This document shows, piece after piece, positions 49,784 to 60,421 of a stretch of DNA of 64,000 nucleotides (position 1 is its first letter; every line of letters begins with the position of its first letter). The notes beneath the pieces are model-generated. The model was given only the letters and a program-made list of their open reading frames with translations. It was not told the DNA's origin and ran no database searches. The position numbers were made by a program, and so were the translations under genes. The stretch is from Pelagomonas calceolata (Eukaryota), in NCBI GenBank assembly GCA_918797485.1, contig CAKKNE010000004.1, forward strand, positions 3,968,001 to 4,032,000, read 5' to 3'.

Positions 49784-51082
49784 TCACCGAAACCCACGCC
49801 TCCGTCGCCGCCGCAGCGCCGCCCGCGCCGCCCCGCCAGGGCTAGCCGGGACCGCGTCGCGCTCGCGAAAGGTCGGCGTCGCCCGGATGTCGCCGCCGCC
49901 GGCCTCGATCGCACGAATCAACTCGCCGACGACGGCGCGGTTCGCCACGCGGAAGTAATACGCGCCGGCGTCGTGAGCCACGCGTACCAGGCCCGTGCCC
50001 CTCGCGTCGTAGTCGACGCCGCTCACGTTGCTTAGCGCGGCAGAAGCCTTCCAACCGTCGGCGTCGAGGGCCAGGCGGCGTCCGACGCGCAGCATTGCCC
50101 GCCGCGACGTCGCGGGCAGCCCGTCGCGCCCGAGCTTGAACCGCTCGGCGTCGTCGCGCCCGACGAGCTCGACGGCCCACTGCGCACGCGGCGAGTCGGG
50201 CGGTGTCGCGGGCGCCTCGACGGGCTCCGGTTCCGCTGGCGGCGGCGGTGCTATCACAGGTTCTGCCGGCGGCGGCGGCGCTATCTCAGGCCGTGCCGGC
50301 GGCGGCGGTGGGACTGGCGGCGGTTTCGCCGCGGCCGCGCGCCGCAACTGCTCCGCCTCAAGCCGCAGCGCCTGGAGGTTCGCCCGAAGCAACGCGACCT
50401 CGACGGCGCGGTCGTCGGGACTGGGCGCCACGGAGGCGGAGTCGGTTAGCCTCGGTCGCCTCGCGGACGGCAGGTCCAGGAGCGTCTCCGTCGCCGACGC
50501 GACGAGCTTCGGCTGTCGCAACGACGGCGAGACCACGGCGGCCGCGGTGCGGGCGTCGTAGAAGCGCTCCAGCGGCGTCTCCGGGCGCAGCGCGTCGCGC
50601 TCGGCGGCGAGGACGTCCAAGGCCTTTCGCGCGGCGGCGAGGTCGGACTCGAGCGCCGAGGTCCGACGCGCGGCGTCGGCCCGCTCGGCGCCGCGCGCGG
50701 CCGCCTCGGCACCGAGCCGCGCCGACAGCTCCGCGGCGGCCGCCTCGGCGCCGTCGGCGCGCGCGGCCGCGGCGCGCAGCTCCTCGCACTCGCGACGCAG
50801 GCGCGGGACCTCGAGGTTCGACGCGCGCAGGCGGTCGACGTCGTCCATCAGGTGCGCCGCCCGCGCCGCCATGGACGCGAGCCGCGCTTCCGAGGCCAGC
50901 GACGACGACGACCGGCGCGACGGCGACGCCGACGACGGCGTCGACGCGGCGGGGGACGTGAGCGGCGTCGGGTGGTCCGCCGCCTCGGGTGTCGCCTCCC
51001 AGGCGCTCCGCGGCGGCGCCGTCGTGGGCCCCTCGTCCGGCCAGGCAGCCGTCGGGCCCGCGGGCCACGCCTGCGCGCGCAT
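49784..51082 (-). CDS. Hypothetical coiled-coil, Pro-rich protein with possible PH-like C-terminus
   Basis: Long ORF with GC3 bias, heptad-like region and poly-Pro linker. Confidence 0.6.
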   Translation of the reverse strand: MRAQAWPAGPTAAWPDEGPTTAPPRSAWEATPEAADHPTPLTSPAASTPSSASPSRRSSSSLASEARLASMAARAAHLMDDVDRLRASNLEVPRLRRECEELRAAAARADGAEAAAAELSARLGAEAAARGAERADAARRTSALESDLAAARKALDVLAAERDALRPETPLERFYDARTAAAVVSPSLRQPKLVASATETLLDLPSARRPRLTDSASVAPSPDDRAVEVALLRANLQALRLEAEQLRRAAAAKPPPVPPPPPARPEIAPPPPAEPVIAPPPPAEPEPVEAPATPPDSPRAQWAVELVGRDDAERFKLGRDGLPATSRRAMLRVGRRLALDADGWKASAALSNVSGVDYDARGTGLVRVAHDAGAYYFRVANRAVVGELIRAIEAGGGDIRATPTFRERDAVPASPGGAARAALRRRRRRGFR

Positions 51083-51333
51083 GGCTGCCCAATGCCCTAC
51101 GCGAGGCTGCCCACGAGGCTCTATACGTGCAAGCACGCTGCCCACAGCCCGCTGGGCAACGGCAGAGCACGTCAACGACGAGTAGCCCGCCGCAAGCGCC
51201 GAGCTCGGCGGAGAGCGCCAAGTTCGCAAAGGTGCCGCTGCGCGCGACGGTGTATGTGACTCGTCGCGAGGATCGGTCTCTGCGCGCGAAGAGACGTGCC
51301 GCAGGGACTCGACAGGCTCGCTCGACTGGGGAG

Positions 51334-51353
51334 CTAGCGTTGTAAGACACTAG
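51334..51353 (-). promoter_or_regulatory. CTAG-bounded motif copy (CTAGTGTCTTACAACGCTAG)
   Basis: Between divergent starts 51082(-) and 51520(+). Confidence 0.7.
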
Positions 51354-51519
51354 TTTGAGCTCCATAGCGCCGGCAGCTGAGCCGGTCCAAGTGCTGCCCG
51401 GGCTGCGCTACCTGGCCGAGCGGAGCGTCCGCCGCCGAGACCCCATCCAAGGGCAGCTATCTGAACCCCTCACCCAGCAAAAGGACCAGGCAAAGACCAA
51501 TCAATACACCTAGGCCATA

Positions 51520-54500
51520 ATGTCGGGCGCCTACAGAAGTAGAAGGGGCGCCTTCAAGATAGGCACGATTAATGACGATACCGAAAGTAGCGAAGATGAG
51601 GAAACAATCGATTCCCGGCCGCCGACGCCGCGCGCACGCTATAGCGTGGCCAAACGGAATGCGGAGCAGCTAACTCTACAACTACTGACGCATCTGGAGA
51701 GACACAAGATCGATGCTATGAGGAGAAAGTTCGAAAAGAACAGCTTGAAGGTGGACATGCTGGATTTTGTCCGTATTATGCGAAGTGCCCTACCGAACTA
51801 CATCGTAAGAAAACCAGGAGAAAAGAAGAAGAAGAAGTCAGCTGCGGAACTAGCCGGTCTGCGAATTTTGGATGATGAAGAGGACCTCCTGAGGAACTTG
51901 TTGGAGTTGTACCGAGAGATAGATGTGAACGGCGACGGCGACATCGAGTGGGAGGAGTTCATCCGGTTCATCGTTGACAAAGCGCAAGTCTTCAAGGAGA
52001 TGGATAAACTGGATAAAATACCCCATTACGAGCACATCGAGCTACCGGCGGATCGAGATGTGCGTTTGAAAAAGATAAAGGAGGGTACGTTGACCGGAGC
52101 GCCGCCACCGCCGAAGCACCGGAACATGATCGAGACCATCGTACGCATCCCGGAGCAAGGGCTGATGGCCGTCGCGGAACAACATAGTCCCATCGTGCAG
52201 TTCTACGACGTCACGACGGGCGCGAAGAAAGAGGCATGGAAGTTTCGGGCGGCGGCCGTACCCCTCGCGATGACGTACATTCCGGAGGAGCAGTCCTTGA
52301 TCATGACCTGCTCCGACCAGTCCATGGCGCAGTGGCAGCTCGGGCAAGGGTCTGGTGGTTTCAAGTTCCGCGAGAAGGCGCGCTGGGCGACGCCGGACCC
52401 GATCATGAGTTTAGCGTGGTCCGACGGGCAACGATTGGCCTTCGGCGGGTGTTCCAATGGCGATATTGAAGCGTGGGACATCTCGAGGCAAGAACGGGCC
52501 ATGTCGTTGTCTGGACATCGGGACATCGTGTTGGATGTCTTACATGTCCCTTACTTAGATACAATTGTATCTGGTTCTTTAGACCGAACGGTGCGCGTCT
52601 GGGACCCCTTCACGGAGCAGATGACGGCGAATTTACAAGGCGGGCACACGAAGGGTGTGAACTCACTCACGTACAACGGCGAGCACCGGTTCTTGATTAG
52701 TACAGGTTTCGACCACGACGCCTTTGTATGGTCTCCATTTGCTACTTGTCTCTTGTACCGCTTACAAGGCCACAAAGCCGCGCTCATGAACTGCCACGCC
52801 GTCGAGGGCACTCATGAATTGATCACGGCGGACACGACGGGCGTGTTGAAGTTGTGGGACCTGCGAACCTTCGGCTGCGTCCAGACCTTCCAGACGGAAC
52901 ATACCAAAGGCGATCTCAATGACATGACCGGCTTCCAGGCTCTGACCCATGTGAAGCTGAAGGCTAAAGATCCTACCCAGGACAAGCCCGACTATAGAGT
53001 TATATGTGCGACGAAAAATATATTTTTCTTTGATCAGTATCGGACACGAGTGGACCCCGTGACCGACGACCTGCCACCTAGGATCATGCTCCTGAACGAT
53101 CTTAATCTCACACTATTTATCTCATCGTTATGTACGGTGAAGATCTGGGATTTGATATTGGGCACGCGGAAGAACACCTTTCACAACATTACGGACTCTG
53201 ACATTACGGCGGCCTGTCTCGATGACCGCCGACGGAAGTTTTTTGTAGGAACCGCAGAAGGCCGCATGAGCTGCCACAACTACGCGAACGGTGCCTTGAT
53301 GAAGAAATTCAGTAAGATCAACGGTAGGGTCATTGCCATGAGGTATGACCATGGGCGGAAGGCTGTCATATGTGCATCGTTACAAGGAAGAATCATTATC
53401 TACGACGAAAAAGATATCGAGCACTGCTATCCACTGAGAACCTTTGATGAACCATATCAACATAGACAAGAATTAAGTCATGTGGTGTTACACGAGGGCG
53501 GCGGGCTGTGCGCCACGACCGCGGCCGAAAGTGTGGAAGGTATTCGGTTCTGGGCCTCGGACCAGGCGTCGATCGATTCGCAGCTGTGTACGCGGGGCCA
53601 GGTCATCCTGAATATGGGTTTCCTGGAGCCCTATCCCTTGCTCTGGGTAGCTACGTCCGATGGAAGAGTGAGAATCTGGGGCTGCCCGACGCGGAACGAG
53701 AAGACGGGCAAATTGGACACGACGAAAGTGAATGGCTGCTGTTTATTATCATTTGCGAACCGACCACCGGACGGAAGTTGTTACGAGTTCCTGCCGGAGG
53801 AGCACGATGGTGTTAAGTCGCCGCACCAGCCGCGGCCGACCTTGTACCCGTCGTGGCGAGAGAGGCGAGACGATTGTACCTATGGAGAACCGACGGAATA
53901 CACAGGCTTACCGGAAGGCGTCCAGGAGCACAACGTGCCCGTCGCCGTGGCGCAGTTCGACGCGTTTTCGGGCCACTTGTACCTTGGAGATGAACTAGGT
54001 AATGTGAGGTGCTTCGACCTCTCACTAGTTATAAGGTTATTACAGGACGGCATCCCGGACGCGAAATACGGTGTCAAGACGTCGAAGCAGGCACCTTTGT
54101 ACAAAGAAGCACATACAGACCTAGGAGAGAACTGGAACCGCGAGTCCACGTCGGGGTTCTACGAGCCGGTGTTTGCGGCGGATAAAATAGAAGAGCCCTG
54201 GAGTCAGGTGGAGGAGATCCTGGGGGAGGACTGGCGCTCGGAATTCCCGGAGGAGACTTCGAACGAAGAGGCCATCTGCGCACCTTCAGCGCTGCAGAAC
54301 TATCACGTGCTCGCGCCGGAGAACATCCGGGCCTACGAAGTGAAGTATCGACGAGCCTCGGCGGACGACTCTCCTAGAAATTGGCAATTGGAAGATATAC
54401 TGCGGAGCGAGCGACGTTCAGTTGGAGGTACTGATTTCCTGCAAGGGCCCGCCGGCGCGGCGCCTCTACTCCCATCGGAACTAGCGCGGTTCTGCTGGTC

Positions 54501-55164
54501 CGTGGAGTACGCCCATGAAGATGCGGTTTTGGCGTTAGTTTGCGCCCGGGACCCGGCCTGTGTTTTGACTTCTGGATTGGACAGATGCGTGAGGATGTGG
54601 TCGCATAGTGGTTCATTTAAAGGCGTCCTCCTACAGGGCTACACGCCAGGTATGCGGTCGCCCTTCTGGAGTTTGGAGGTGGATGTGGCCGCGAGAGAAG
54701 CGCGCGACGACGCCGAGGCCAAGCGCGTCGCGGCGGACCTGATGGGCGACAGCGACTCGTCGCAAACGCCGATCGTGGTATCGAAAATCGAGGAGGCGCG
54801 GGCGTTGGATGAACAAATACAGGAGCCGGAGCTGTCGCCTCGACTCGCGGCCGTGCGCGGGGCTCTCTCCGAAATCCAGGCCATGGGCACGGTTGATGTC
54901 GACGACCCTATATTATCACCGCCGGGGTCGCCCGCGTCGTCGAGGAGAGCACTGACGCCGAAGGCGTCGGTCTTCACGAGCGCGTCGACCGGACTCTTCG
55001 AGGGGTCGAGCATGCTCGACTCGAAGCCGATGACGGCCGCGTCGCACGTCTCCGTTGCGTCGAGACCGAAGTCGTCCTTCGACTCGATCACGGCGAACCT
55101 GAAGAAGCTGCCGCCCGAGGCGCAGTCGGCGCTGGACGAACTGACGCAGGCGCTGCACCTCTAA
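51520..55164 (+). CDS. EF-hand + WD40-repeat protein (WDR49/EFCAB8-like architecture), 1214 aa
   Basis: EF loop DVNGDGDIEWEE; many GH...WD repeats (LSGHRDIV...SGSLDRTVRVWD). Confidence 0.85.
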   Translation: MSGAYRSRRGAFKIGTINDDTESSEDEETIDSRPPTPRARYSVAKRNAEQLTLQLLTHLERHKIDAMRRKFEKNSLKVDMLDFVRIMRSALPNYIVRKPGEKKKKKSAAELAGLRILDDEEDLLRNLLELYREIDVNGDGDIEWEEFIRFIVDKAQVFKEMDKLDKIPHYEHIELPADRDVRLKKIKEGTLTGAPPPPKHRNMIETIVRIPEQGLMAVAEQHSPIVQFYDVTTGAKKEAWKFRAAAVPLAMTYIPEEQSLIMTCSDQSMAQWQLGQGSGGFKFREKARWATPDPIMSLAWSDGQRLAFGGCSNGDIEAWDISRQERAMSLSGHRDIVLDVLHVPYLDTIVSGSLDRTVRVWDPFTEQMTANLQGGHTKGVNSLTYNGEHRFLISTGFDHDAFVWSPFATCLLYRLQGHKAALMNCHAVEGTHELITADTTGVLKLWDLRTFGCVQTFQTEHTKGDLNDMTGFQALTHVKLKAKDPTQDKPDYRVICATKNIFFFDQYRTRVDPVTDDLPPRIMLLNDLNLTLFISSLCTVKIWDLILGTRKNTFHNITDSDITAACLDDRRRKFFVGTAEGRMSCHNYANGALMKKFSKINGRVIAMRYDHGRKAVICASLQGRIIIYDEKDIEHCYPLRTFDEPYQHRQELSHVVLHEGGGLCATTAAESVEGIRFWASDQASIDSQLCTRGQVILNMGFLEPYPLLWVATSDGRVRIWGCPTRNEKTGKLDTTKVNGCCLLSFANRPPDGSCYEFLPEEHDGVKSPHQPRPTLYPSWRERRDDCTYGEPTEYTGLPEGVQEHNVPVAVAQFDAFSGHLYLGDELGNVRCFDLSLVIRLLQDGIPDAKYGVKTSKQAPLYKEAHTDLGENWNRESTSGFYEPVFAADKIEEPWSQVEEILGEDWRSEFPEETSNEEAICAPSALQNYHVLAPENIRAYEVKYRRASADDSPRNWQLEDILRSERRSVGGTDFLQGPAGAAPLLPSELARFCWSVEYAHEDAVLALVCARDPACVLTSGLDRCVRMWSHSGSFKGVLLQGYTPGMRSPFWSLEVDVAAREARDDAEAKRVAADLMGDSDSSQTPIVVSKIEEARALDEQIQEPELSPRLAAVRGALSEIQAMGTVDVDDPILSPPGSPASSRRALTPKASVFTSASTGLFEGSSMLDSKPMTAASHVSVASRPKSSFDSITANLKKLPPEAQSALDELTQALHL

Positions 55165-55274
55165 GATTTTCGTGTCCTATGAATCCTGTCTCTCTTACGG
55201 TGCTGGGACTAGTTGGCGGCGCGCGCGTCGCCGATTTATCGGCGGCGGGCACGTGGGGACTAGTACTTCTTTTT

Positions 55275-55296
55275 CTAGTGTCTTACAGGCCGCTAG
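55275..55296 (+). promoter_or_regulatory. CTAG-bounded motif copy (CTAGTGTCTTACAGGCCGCTAG)
   Basis: About 140 bp upstream of the 55437(+) start. Confidence 0.7.
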
Positions 55297-55436
55297 CTGA
55301 CGCGGCCGAGGCTAAATATTTACCAAGCTCCTTTGCTTAGAGCTAGGCCGCCTAAACCACCAAGCCACCGCGGGTTCTTATTAGCATTTCCTCTCGCTCT
55401 TGCGTCACACCCGCGCCGCCTCATAATTAATCAAAT

Positions 55437-56783
55437 ATGGACCGTTTGCCTGCCGAGATGGTCAAAATAATTGCGGCGCACGCCGGTTTTTTCGACCGCG
55501 CTAAGATCACTGTATGCAACAAACAACTCTCTCAAGCGTGCGCGACCGTGAAGAGCGACGTCCTCGTCATAATTCAGATGGGCGGCGCCGAGACGTACGC
55601 GGGCGACGGCGCGTTATGGCGGCGCTGCGCCGACGCGCCCTCCGTGTTGAACGATGGCCATCATGCGCTGAACGTGGGCGGCAAGATGTGGCGGATTAGA
55701 CCTAGAATTGCGCACACGGCTGCAATTGAGTCGTTCGATCTCAGAAGGAACATGTGGCAATCTGCTGGCTGGATCGATGCACTCAACGGCCGTCGTGACT
55801 ATGGCTGTTGCGTGTTAGGTGATTGCTTGGTTTTCGTCGGCGGCGTCACGGGTCGCTACCGAGAGGGAACTTTAGTAACTTTCTCCGACGTAATCAAACT
55901 CGATCTGGAGACAGGAGAGGGCGAGATGATGGCCCCGCTTCCGGAGCCGCGAGGCGATCCCGTGTGCGGTGTCTGCGATGGCAGACTGTTCGTGCTCGGA
56001 GGCTTCTGCAGCGACCCGACAGAAATGGACGATCCTGAGTTCAGAGAGGAGCACGCGACGGTGCGCGTCCTGGAACAGCGGGACGGTCAGGAGGACGTGT
56101 GGTCGGCGTTCACGACGCTCCCGCCGGCGCTGTGTCGGCAAGGCGGATTCGGAGCGCCGTTTCGCCAGCGACACACGGTGTTTCGGGACCATCGTATTTT
56201 CGTTATTGGTACTGCGACGGAGGACGAGGCGGACGACTGGGACGTGCGCATCCTTGACGTTCGTACGAAGACCTGGTCCACCCTCGATGCCACAACCAGC
56301 CCGCACTGGCGGGTTAGAAACTTTATTTCGGATTCAATGGATGATATCTTTCCAAGGTCACGCATGTGCCTGGGCACCGTGTCTACGAGGGGTGGGCCGT
56401 CGACGAGGCTCGGCCCGGGGCACATGCATGCGATCGACTACCGCGGAGACATCGCCGTATTTGACGCTGGATCTGACGACGACGAGGACCTAGATAGACC
56501 GGGTGTTCACGTTCTGAGCGAAGACACGTGGCTGCCGACCGGCGGGCGCCTGGGCTTTACGACGTCGCGCGACCTCCCGGAATGGGCGAAGAGCCGTTAT
56601 GTGGTTGACGAGGTGACAGTAGCCGCGCCGCCGTCGTGGCTGGCTGCGATGCCTGATTGCCTTTCGATGCCGGCTTTCAGCGACGATTCGCACGGCCAGG
56701 TTGATCTACTAGGCCAACCTTGGCACTACATCTGCAGAATGAGCCTCGTCGTCTCCGAGCGGGCGTGCGTCGTCAAGGCCTAG
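55437..56783 (+). CDS. F-box-like/Kelch-repeat protein
   Basis: N-terminal LPAEMVKII; Kelch-like LVFVGG and MAPLPEPR...DGRLFVLGG. Confidence 0.75.
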   Translation: MDRLPAEMVKIIAAHAGFFDRAKITVCNKQLSQACATVKSDVLVIIQMGGAETYAGDGALWRRCADAPSVLNDGHHALNVGGKMWRIRPRIAHTAAIESFDLRRNMWQSAGWIDALNGRRDYGCCVLGDCLVFVGGVTGRYREGTLVTFSDVIKLDLETGEGEMMAPLPEPRGDPVCGVCDGRLFVLGGFCSDPTEMDDPEFREEHATVRVLEQRDGQEDVWSAFTTLPPALCRQGGFGAPFRQRHTVFRDHRIFVIGTATEDEADDWDVRILDVRTKTWSTLDATTSPHWRVRNFISDSMDDIFPRSRMCLGTVSTRGGPSTRLGPGHMHAIDYRGDIAVFDAGSDDDEDLDRPGVHVLSEDTWLPTGGRLGFTTSRDLPEWAKSRYVVDEVTVAAPPSWLAAMPDCLSMPAFSDDSHGQVDLLGQPWHYICRMSLVVSERACVVKA

Positions 56784-56814
56784 GCTAGCCCAAGTAGTAA
56801 GTACACAATCATCC

Positions 56815-59430
56815 TTACGCCGCATGCACCGCCGGCGTCAGCCGCTCGTCGACGTCGAAGACCACCACCAGGGCCATGTGGTCCGACGGGAAGCGGTCGT
56901 TCGGCAGCCACGAGCCCCGGTTGGCGTCGATGGCCGCCCTGAACGCGCCCTCGAAGACGTCCTCGGGCATCGCCGCGAGCTTCGCGGCGTCCTCGATGTC
57001 CTCGGGCGCGATGTAGTGCTTGCGCTTCGCCGCCTCGCGGACGAACGTCGCGTCGTCAAACAAGACGCGGCGCTGCCGCGCGACGCGCACTCGCCTTATG
57101 ACGTCTTCGCCGTCCGACTCATCATCTTCATTCTTCGGAGGCGGCGCGAACTGACGCAGCCGCGGCACCGGCAGGTAGGCGACGGGCCGCAGCACGTCTT
57201 TTGAGAGAAAAATATAATCAACACAAGCCGTGCGGCGCTCGGCCGTCATCGTGTACGGCGGCTCGGAGCCCGCCGCCTGATTATAAGCCGAAAACAATCC
57301 TAAACGATTGTGTTCGGGCGGCTTGTTTATCACAGTTTCGGGCTCGTCCAATGATATCCTTTCTTTAACGTGGGGCTGCGCCGCCGGCGTAAGGTACTTC
57401 GGGTCCATCTTGAAGGGCGGCGGCCGGTTGTGCGACATGCCCGCACTGGCGGCGCGTTCCGGCGAGATCGCGAGGCGCTTCACACAGACTTGTGCTGTAG
57501 CGTTCGACACGTGCGTCGGCTCCGCTTCTACAGGGTGCGCGATCTTCCCTCCACAAATAGCGCAGTTACATAACGCTCTCACTTGCTCGCAGGTCCGCGA
57601 GTAGGCTGGTGTGGCGAACCTCGCGTTATGTCTCGGTGAGATGCCCGTCTTGGACGAAAAGGGGTGGTGCTTCTGGTCGTAATCAGCAAACTCCTGCGCT
57701 CGTAACGCCTCGTCCGTCGTCGCGAACCTAGCTTGCTGCCTCACCTCATGATCCGCCGACGCGAGGCGCGGGTCGATATCACCGTTATCCAAGGCTACCT
57801 TGACCTGTTCAAGTAACGCGAGCTGCTCGACGGCACTCTTCGCGCGCGACGCCTCTCTTGCAAAATTCTCATCCACCAGATTCGCTTCGCGAGCCGCGGC
57901 CACGGCGTGTTGTAATGAAAGCGACTCGCCGACGGCGTGCTTTCTTGCTACTTCCGACGGTCCCAACAACAATCGCGGCACGTCGGGCCCGCAGACCCGC
58001 AACTGCCTTAAATCTTCGGCGACCGTCAAGGGGTCCGCCTCCATTTCAGGTGCGGGCGCCGGCGCCTCTTTATCAAGGTCGTAGTAGTCGGGGATGTTTG
58101 CGCCATAAGCTTTTGTGGCGAAGGGCGCGGACGGTTCTGAGTAGGCGCCTAGTCCCAGCGACGACTCGCCCGCCACTCGAAACTCGTAGGCCACACCACT
58201 ACACAACCCGGCGACGACGTGCCTATATCTAGGGTCGCGCACGGTTCTTTTCTTCCTAGTTCCTGGCCTCAACACCGTAGTGTAGTGCGTACAAAGGTGC
58301 TCGTCCAAAATAAGGGGTTTGGACCATCCTAAAGTCGTATTCCCGCCAATCCGGTGCTGCACGTAGTAGCGCTCGACCGGCGGGTCCAATTTGGACGCAT
58401 CTACCACAGCAGGAAGCCAATATAAGACGGCCGTCGTCGGCGACTCGCCCACGTCACCCAACCCGATGCCGTCGGGCTCCAGCGTCGGGGGCGAGGGCGG
58501 CGGCCGCGGCGGCGCCGGGATCGGGAGCGGCCGGCCCGTCTCGAGCAACGCGTGCGCTTCTGAGTTGGGAGCGCCATGTAAGGTACAGCACAGGACCACG
58601 GGGTGCTGGAAGTCGCGGTTGAACTGCTCGATTTGCTCCGTGAGGTATTTTGTTTGTGTCCCGCGCACCGACTCTTCGGCCCGCCAGTTCGTGACTAATT
58701 CCCGCATCTGCTCGTCGCTCACGACGTCCCAGTCCTCGGCCGTCGGCTCGTACTGGTCGCCGGCGTGGCCGCCGGCGAGTTGCGTGCACGCTACGACTAA
58801 GGCAGCATCGTGTGTTGCATTGTTGAAGGGCACCAGATCCAAAATCATGGCGATTTCATCTCGAGCCGCACATCTGACCGCCGTCGACGCTCTTTTTGCT
58901 CTCTCTGCCGCTCTGTGTAGTTCAATGACTTCACTCCTTACTAATTGGAAGTGCATGCGCTTCCATCCGATCAGCACCCCATCCAGATCCTCGCTGATCA
59001 GATCCTCCTCGGCGTGGGCCTGGGACTTTTGTCGGGGCGCGTACATCGTATCGAAGCCCGCGGCGTTGAGGCCGGGCAGCCAGAAGCCGTGGTAGTCGTC
59101 GACGTCCTGCAGGCAGATCACATCGCATTCGTAGGACACTATTTCAGATAGTAATCGCTGCCTCCGGAAGCTCCAGGTCAAGGAAGACGGATGCGACTTA
59201 CTGTGCATGCCGTCGGCGTTGCATCTTCCCAGAACATTGTACGAGACAACTTTGACGCGCGACGGCGCCGTCTCGGGCGCGTCGGGCAGCCAGCAGAGCT
59301 TTCTCTCAAGGTCCGCATCGGGGTCTACAACGACGGGCTCCTCCGCCTCCTTCGGGGGCAGGAGCTCCGGTGGCAGCTCCTCGTTCTCGAAGCGCGCCTT
59401 CTTCAGCATGACGCGGTCGAGGAGGCCCAT
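56815..59430 (-). CDS. CCR4/nocturin-like EEP-family nuclease with internal fibronectin type III domain
   Basis: VVSYNVL, DVICLQDVD, CVDYIF, FPSDHMAL; FN3-like W.P...YYVQ...VAGL..GVAYEFRVAGESSLGLGAYSEPS. Confidence 0.82.
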   Translation of the reverse strand: MGLLDRVMLKKARFENEELPPELLPPKEAEEPVVVDPDADLERKLCWLPDAPETAPSRVKVVSYNVLGRCNADGMHSKSHPSSLTWSFRRQRLLSEIVSYECDVICLQDVDDYHGFWLPGLNAAGFDTMYAPRQKSQAHAEEDLISEDLDGVLIGWKRMHFQLVRSEVIELHRAAERAKRASTAVRCAARDEIAMILDLVPFNNATHDAALVVACTQLAGGHAGDQYEPTAEDWDVVSDEQMRELVTNWRAEESVRGTQTKYLTEQIEQFNRDFQHPVVLCCTLHGAPNSEAHALLETGRPLPIPAPPRPPPSPPTLEPDGIGLGDVGESPTTAVLYWLPAVVDASKLDPPVERYYVQHRIGGNTTLGWSKPLILDEHLCTHYTTVLRPGTRKKRTVRDPRYRHVVAGLCSGVAYEFRVAGESSLGLGAYSEPSAPFATKAYGANIPDYYDLDKEAPAPAPEMEADPLTVAEDLRQLRVCGPDVPRLLLGPSEVARKHAVGESLSLQHAVAAAREANLVDENFAREASRAKSAVEQLALLEQVKVALDNGDIDPRLASADHEVRQQARFATTDEALRAQEFADYDQKHHPFSSKTGISPRHNARFATPAYSRTCEQVRALCNCAICGGKIAHPVEAEPTHVSNATAQVCVKRLAISPERAASAGMSHNRPPPFKMDPKYLTPAAQPHVKERISLDEPETVINKPPEHNRLGLFSAYNQAAGSEPPYTMTAERRTACVDYIFLSKDVLRPVAYLPVPRLRQFAPPPKNEDDESDGEDVIRRVRVARQRRVLFDDATFVREAAKRKHYIAPEDIEDAAKLAAMPEDVFEGAFRAAIDANRGSWLPNDRFPSDHMALVVVFDVDERLTPAVHAA

Positions 59431-59615
59431 TGTTTTTGTGGTGCTATCGGCTGCCCTGTCTGCGGTTCATGGTGTTGTGATCTAGGCTGCCCTGTAGCTA
59501 GACGTACGCCGCTCGGGCTTGCGTATGATCTCGGCTGCCTGGCCCGAGGTACGGGCGCGCCTGTCTGACCGTATGTGGCGCTCACCAACCTCGCTTAGCC
59601 CCAACGCCGCCGCCG

Positions 59616-59637
59616 CTAGCGTCATGTAAGGCACTAG
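59616..59637 (-). promoter_or_regulatory. CTAG-bounded motif copy (CTAGTGCCTTACATGACGCTAG)
   Basis: Between divergent starts 59430(-) and 59781(+). Confidence 0.7.
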
Positions 59638-59780
59638 CCTACAAGCTGTGTTTTTGCTGAAGTCTGTGCATAGCTCGAAATTAGAGTGTCTGAGGTACCT
59701 GAGCGCACGTTCTCAGCCCAGACGTCCAGTCTGATTTGTTCGTTTGATCTGTGAGCCCTTTGCGGCCGCGTACAGCTCTG

Positions 59781-60419
59781 ATGCTCTCCCTGCTGTTTTT
59801 GTGCTCTGCTGTCGCGGATGCATTGAAATTCGACGGCGGAATCTCGCTTTCGCAACTCAAAACGCCGGCATTACTCGTTGACGTCGACGAGCTGCCCGGC
59901 GGCGTCGAGGCGCTGCCGCACGCACCACGCGAGCGACGAGAGGCGCTGCGAGACGCGCTATTTGTGCATGCGCGCGTCGTGGCCGCTGGCAAAGAGCGAG
60001 CCGGCTTCTACAAGGGCCGAGGAGCGCCGCTGGCCGAACTCGACGTCGAGCTCGCAGGCGATGCATATCTCGCGACGGGCTTAAACAACAATTGGTCCTA
60101 CGACAACAGCTACTTCTGGGCGCGCACGCTCGGCTCCGGCGCGCGACGGCCGGCGCCGGGTATTGGGTTGGACGCAATAGGCGACCGGACGGCGGTCCGG
60201 TGGCTCCGCGACGACGAGCCTGGAGCGCCGCAGACCGGCGACGGCAAATTCAGCGAGTGGGCGGAGTTTCTCGACGTCGGCGACGAGGTGGATTTGGTGC
60301 CCGTCGACGTCGATGCGTGGTTAGACCAGCACGACGCCGCCTACCTCGTGACCAGAGAAATGCGACCACCCGGCGCGGACCCGCTCGTCCGAGCAGAGCC
60401 CTGGGTAATCACAAGTTAA
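59781..60419 (+). CDS. Hypothetical protein with signal peptide
   Basis: ATG ORF with hydrophobic N-terminus; L.TPALLVD start and L.VGD.V.LVP end resemble termini of D-serine-dehydratase-like proteins but it is far shorter. Confidence 0.6.
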   Translation: MLSLLFLCSAVADALKFDGGISLSQLKTPALLVDVDELPGGVEALPHAPRERREALRDALFVHARVVAAGKERAGFYKGRGAPLAELDVELAGDAYLATGLNNNWSYDNSYFWARTLGSGARRPAPGIGLDAIGDRTAVRWLRDDEPGAPQTGDGKFSEWAEFLDVGDEVDLVPVDVDAWLDQHDAAYLVTREMRPPGADPLVRAEPWVITS

Positions 60420-60421
60420 AG

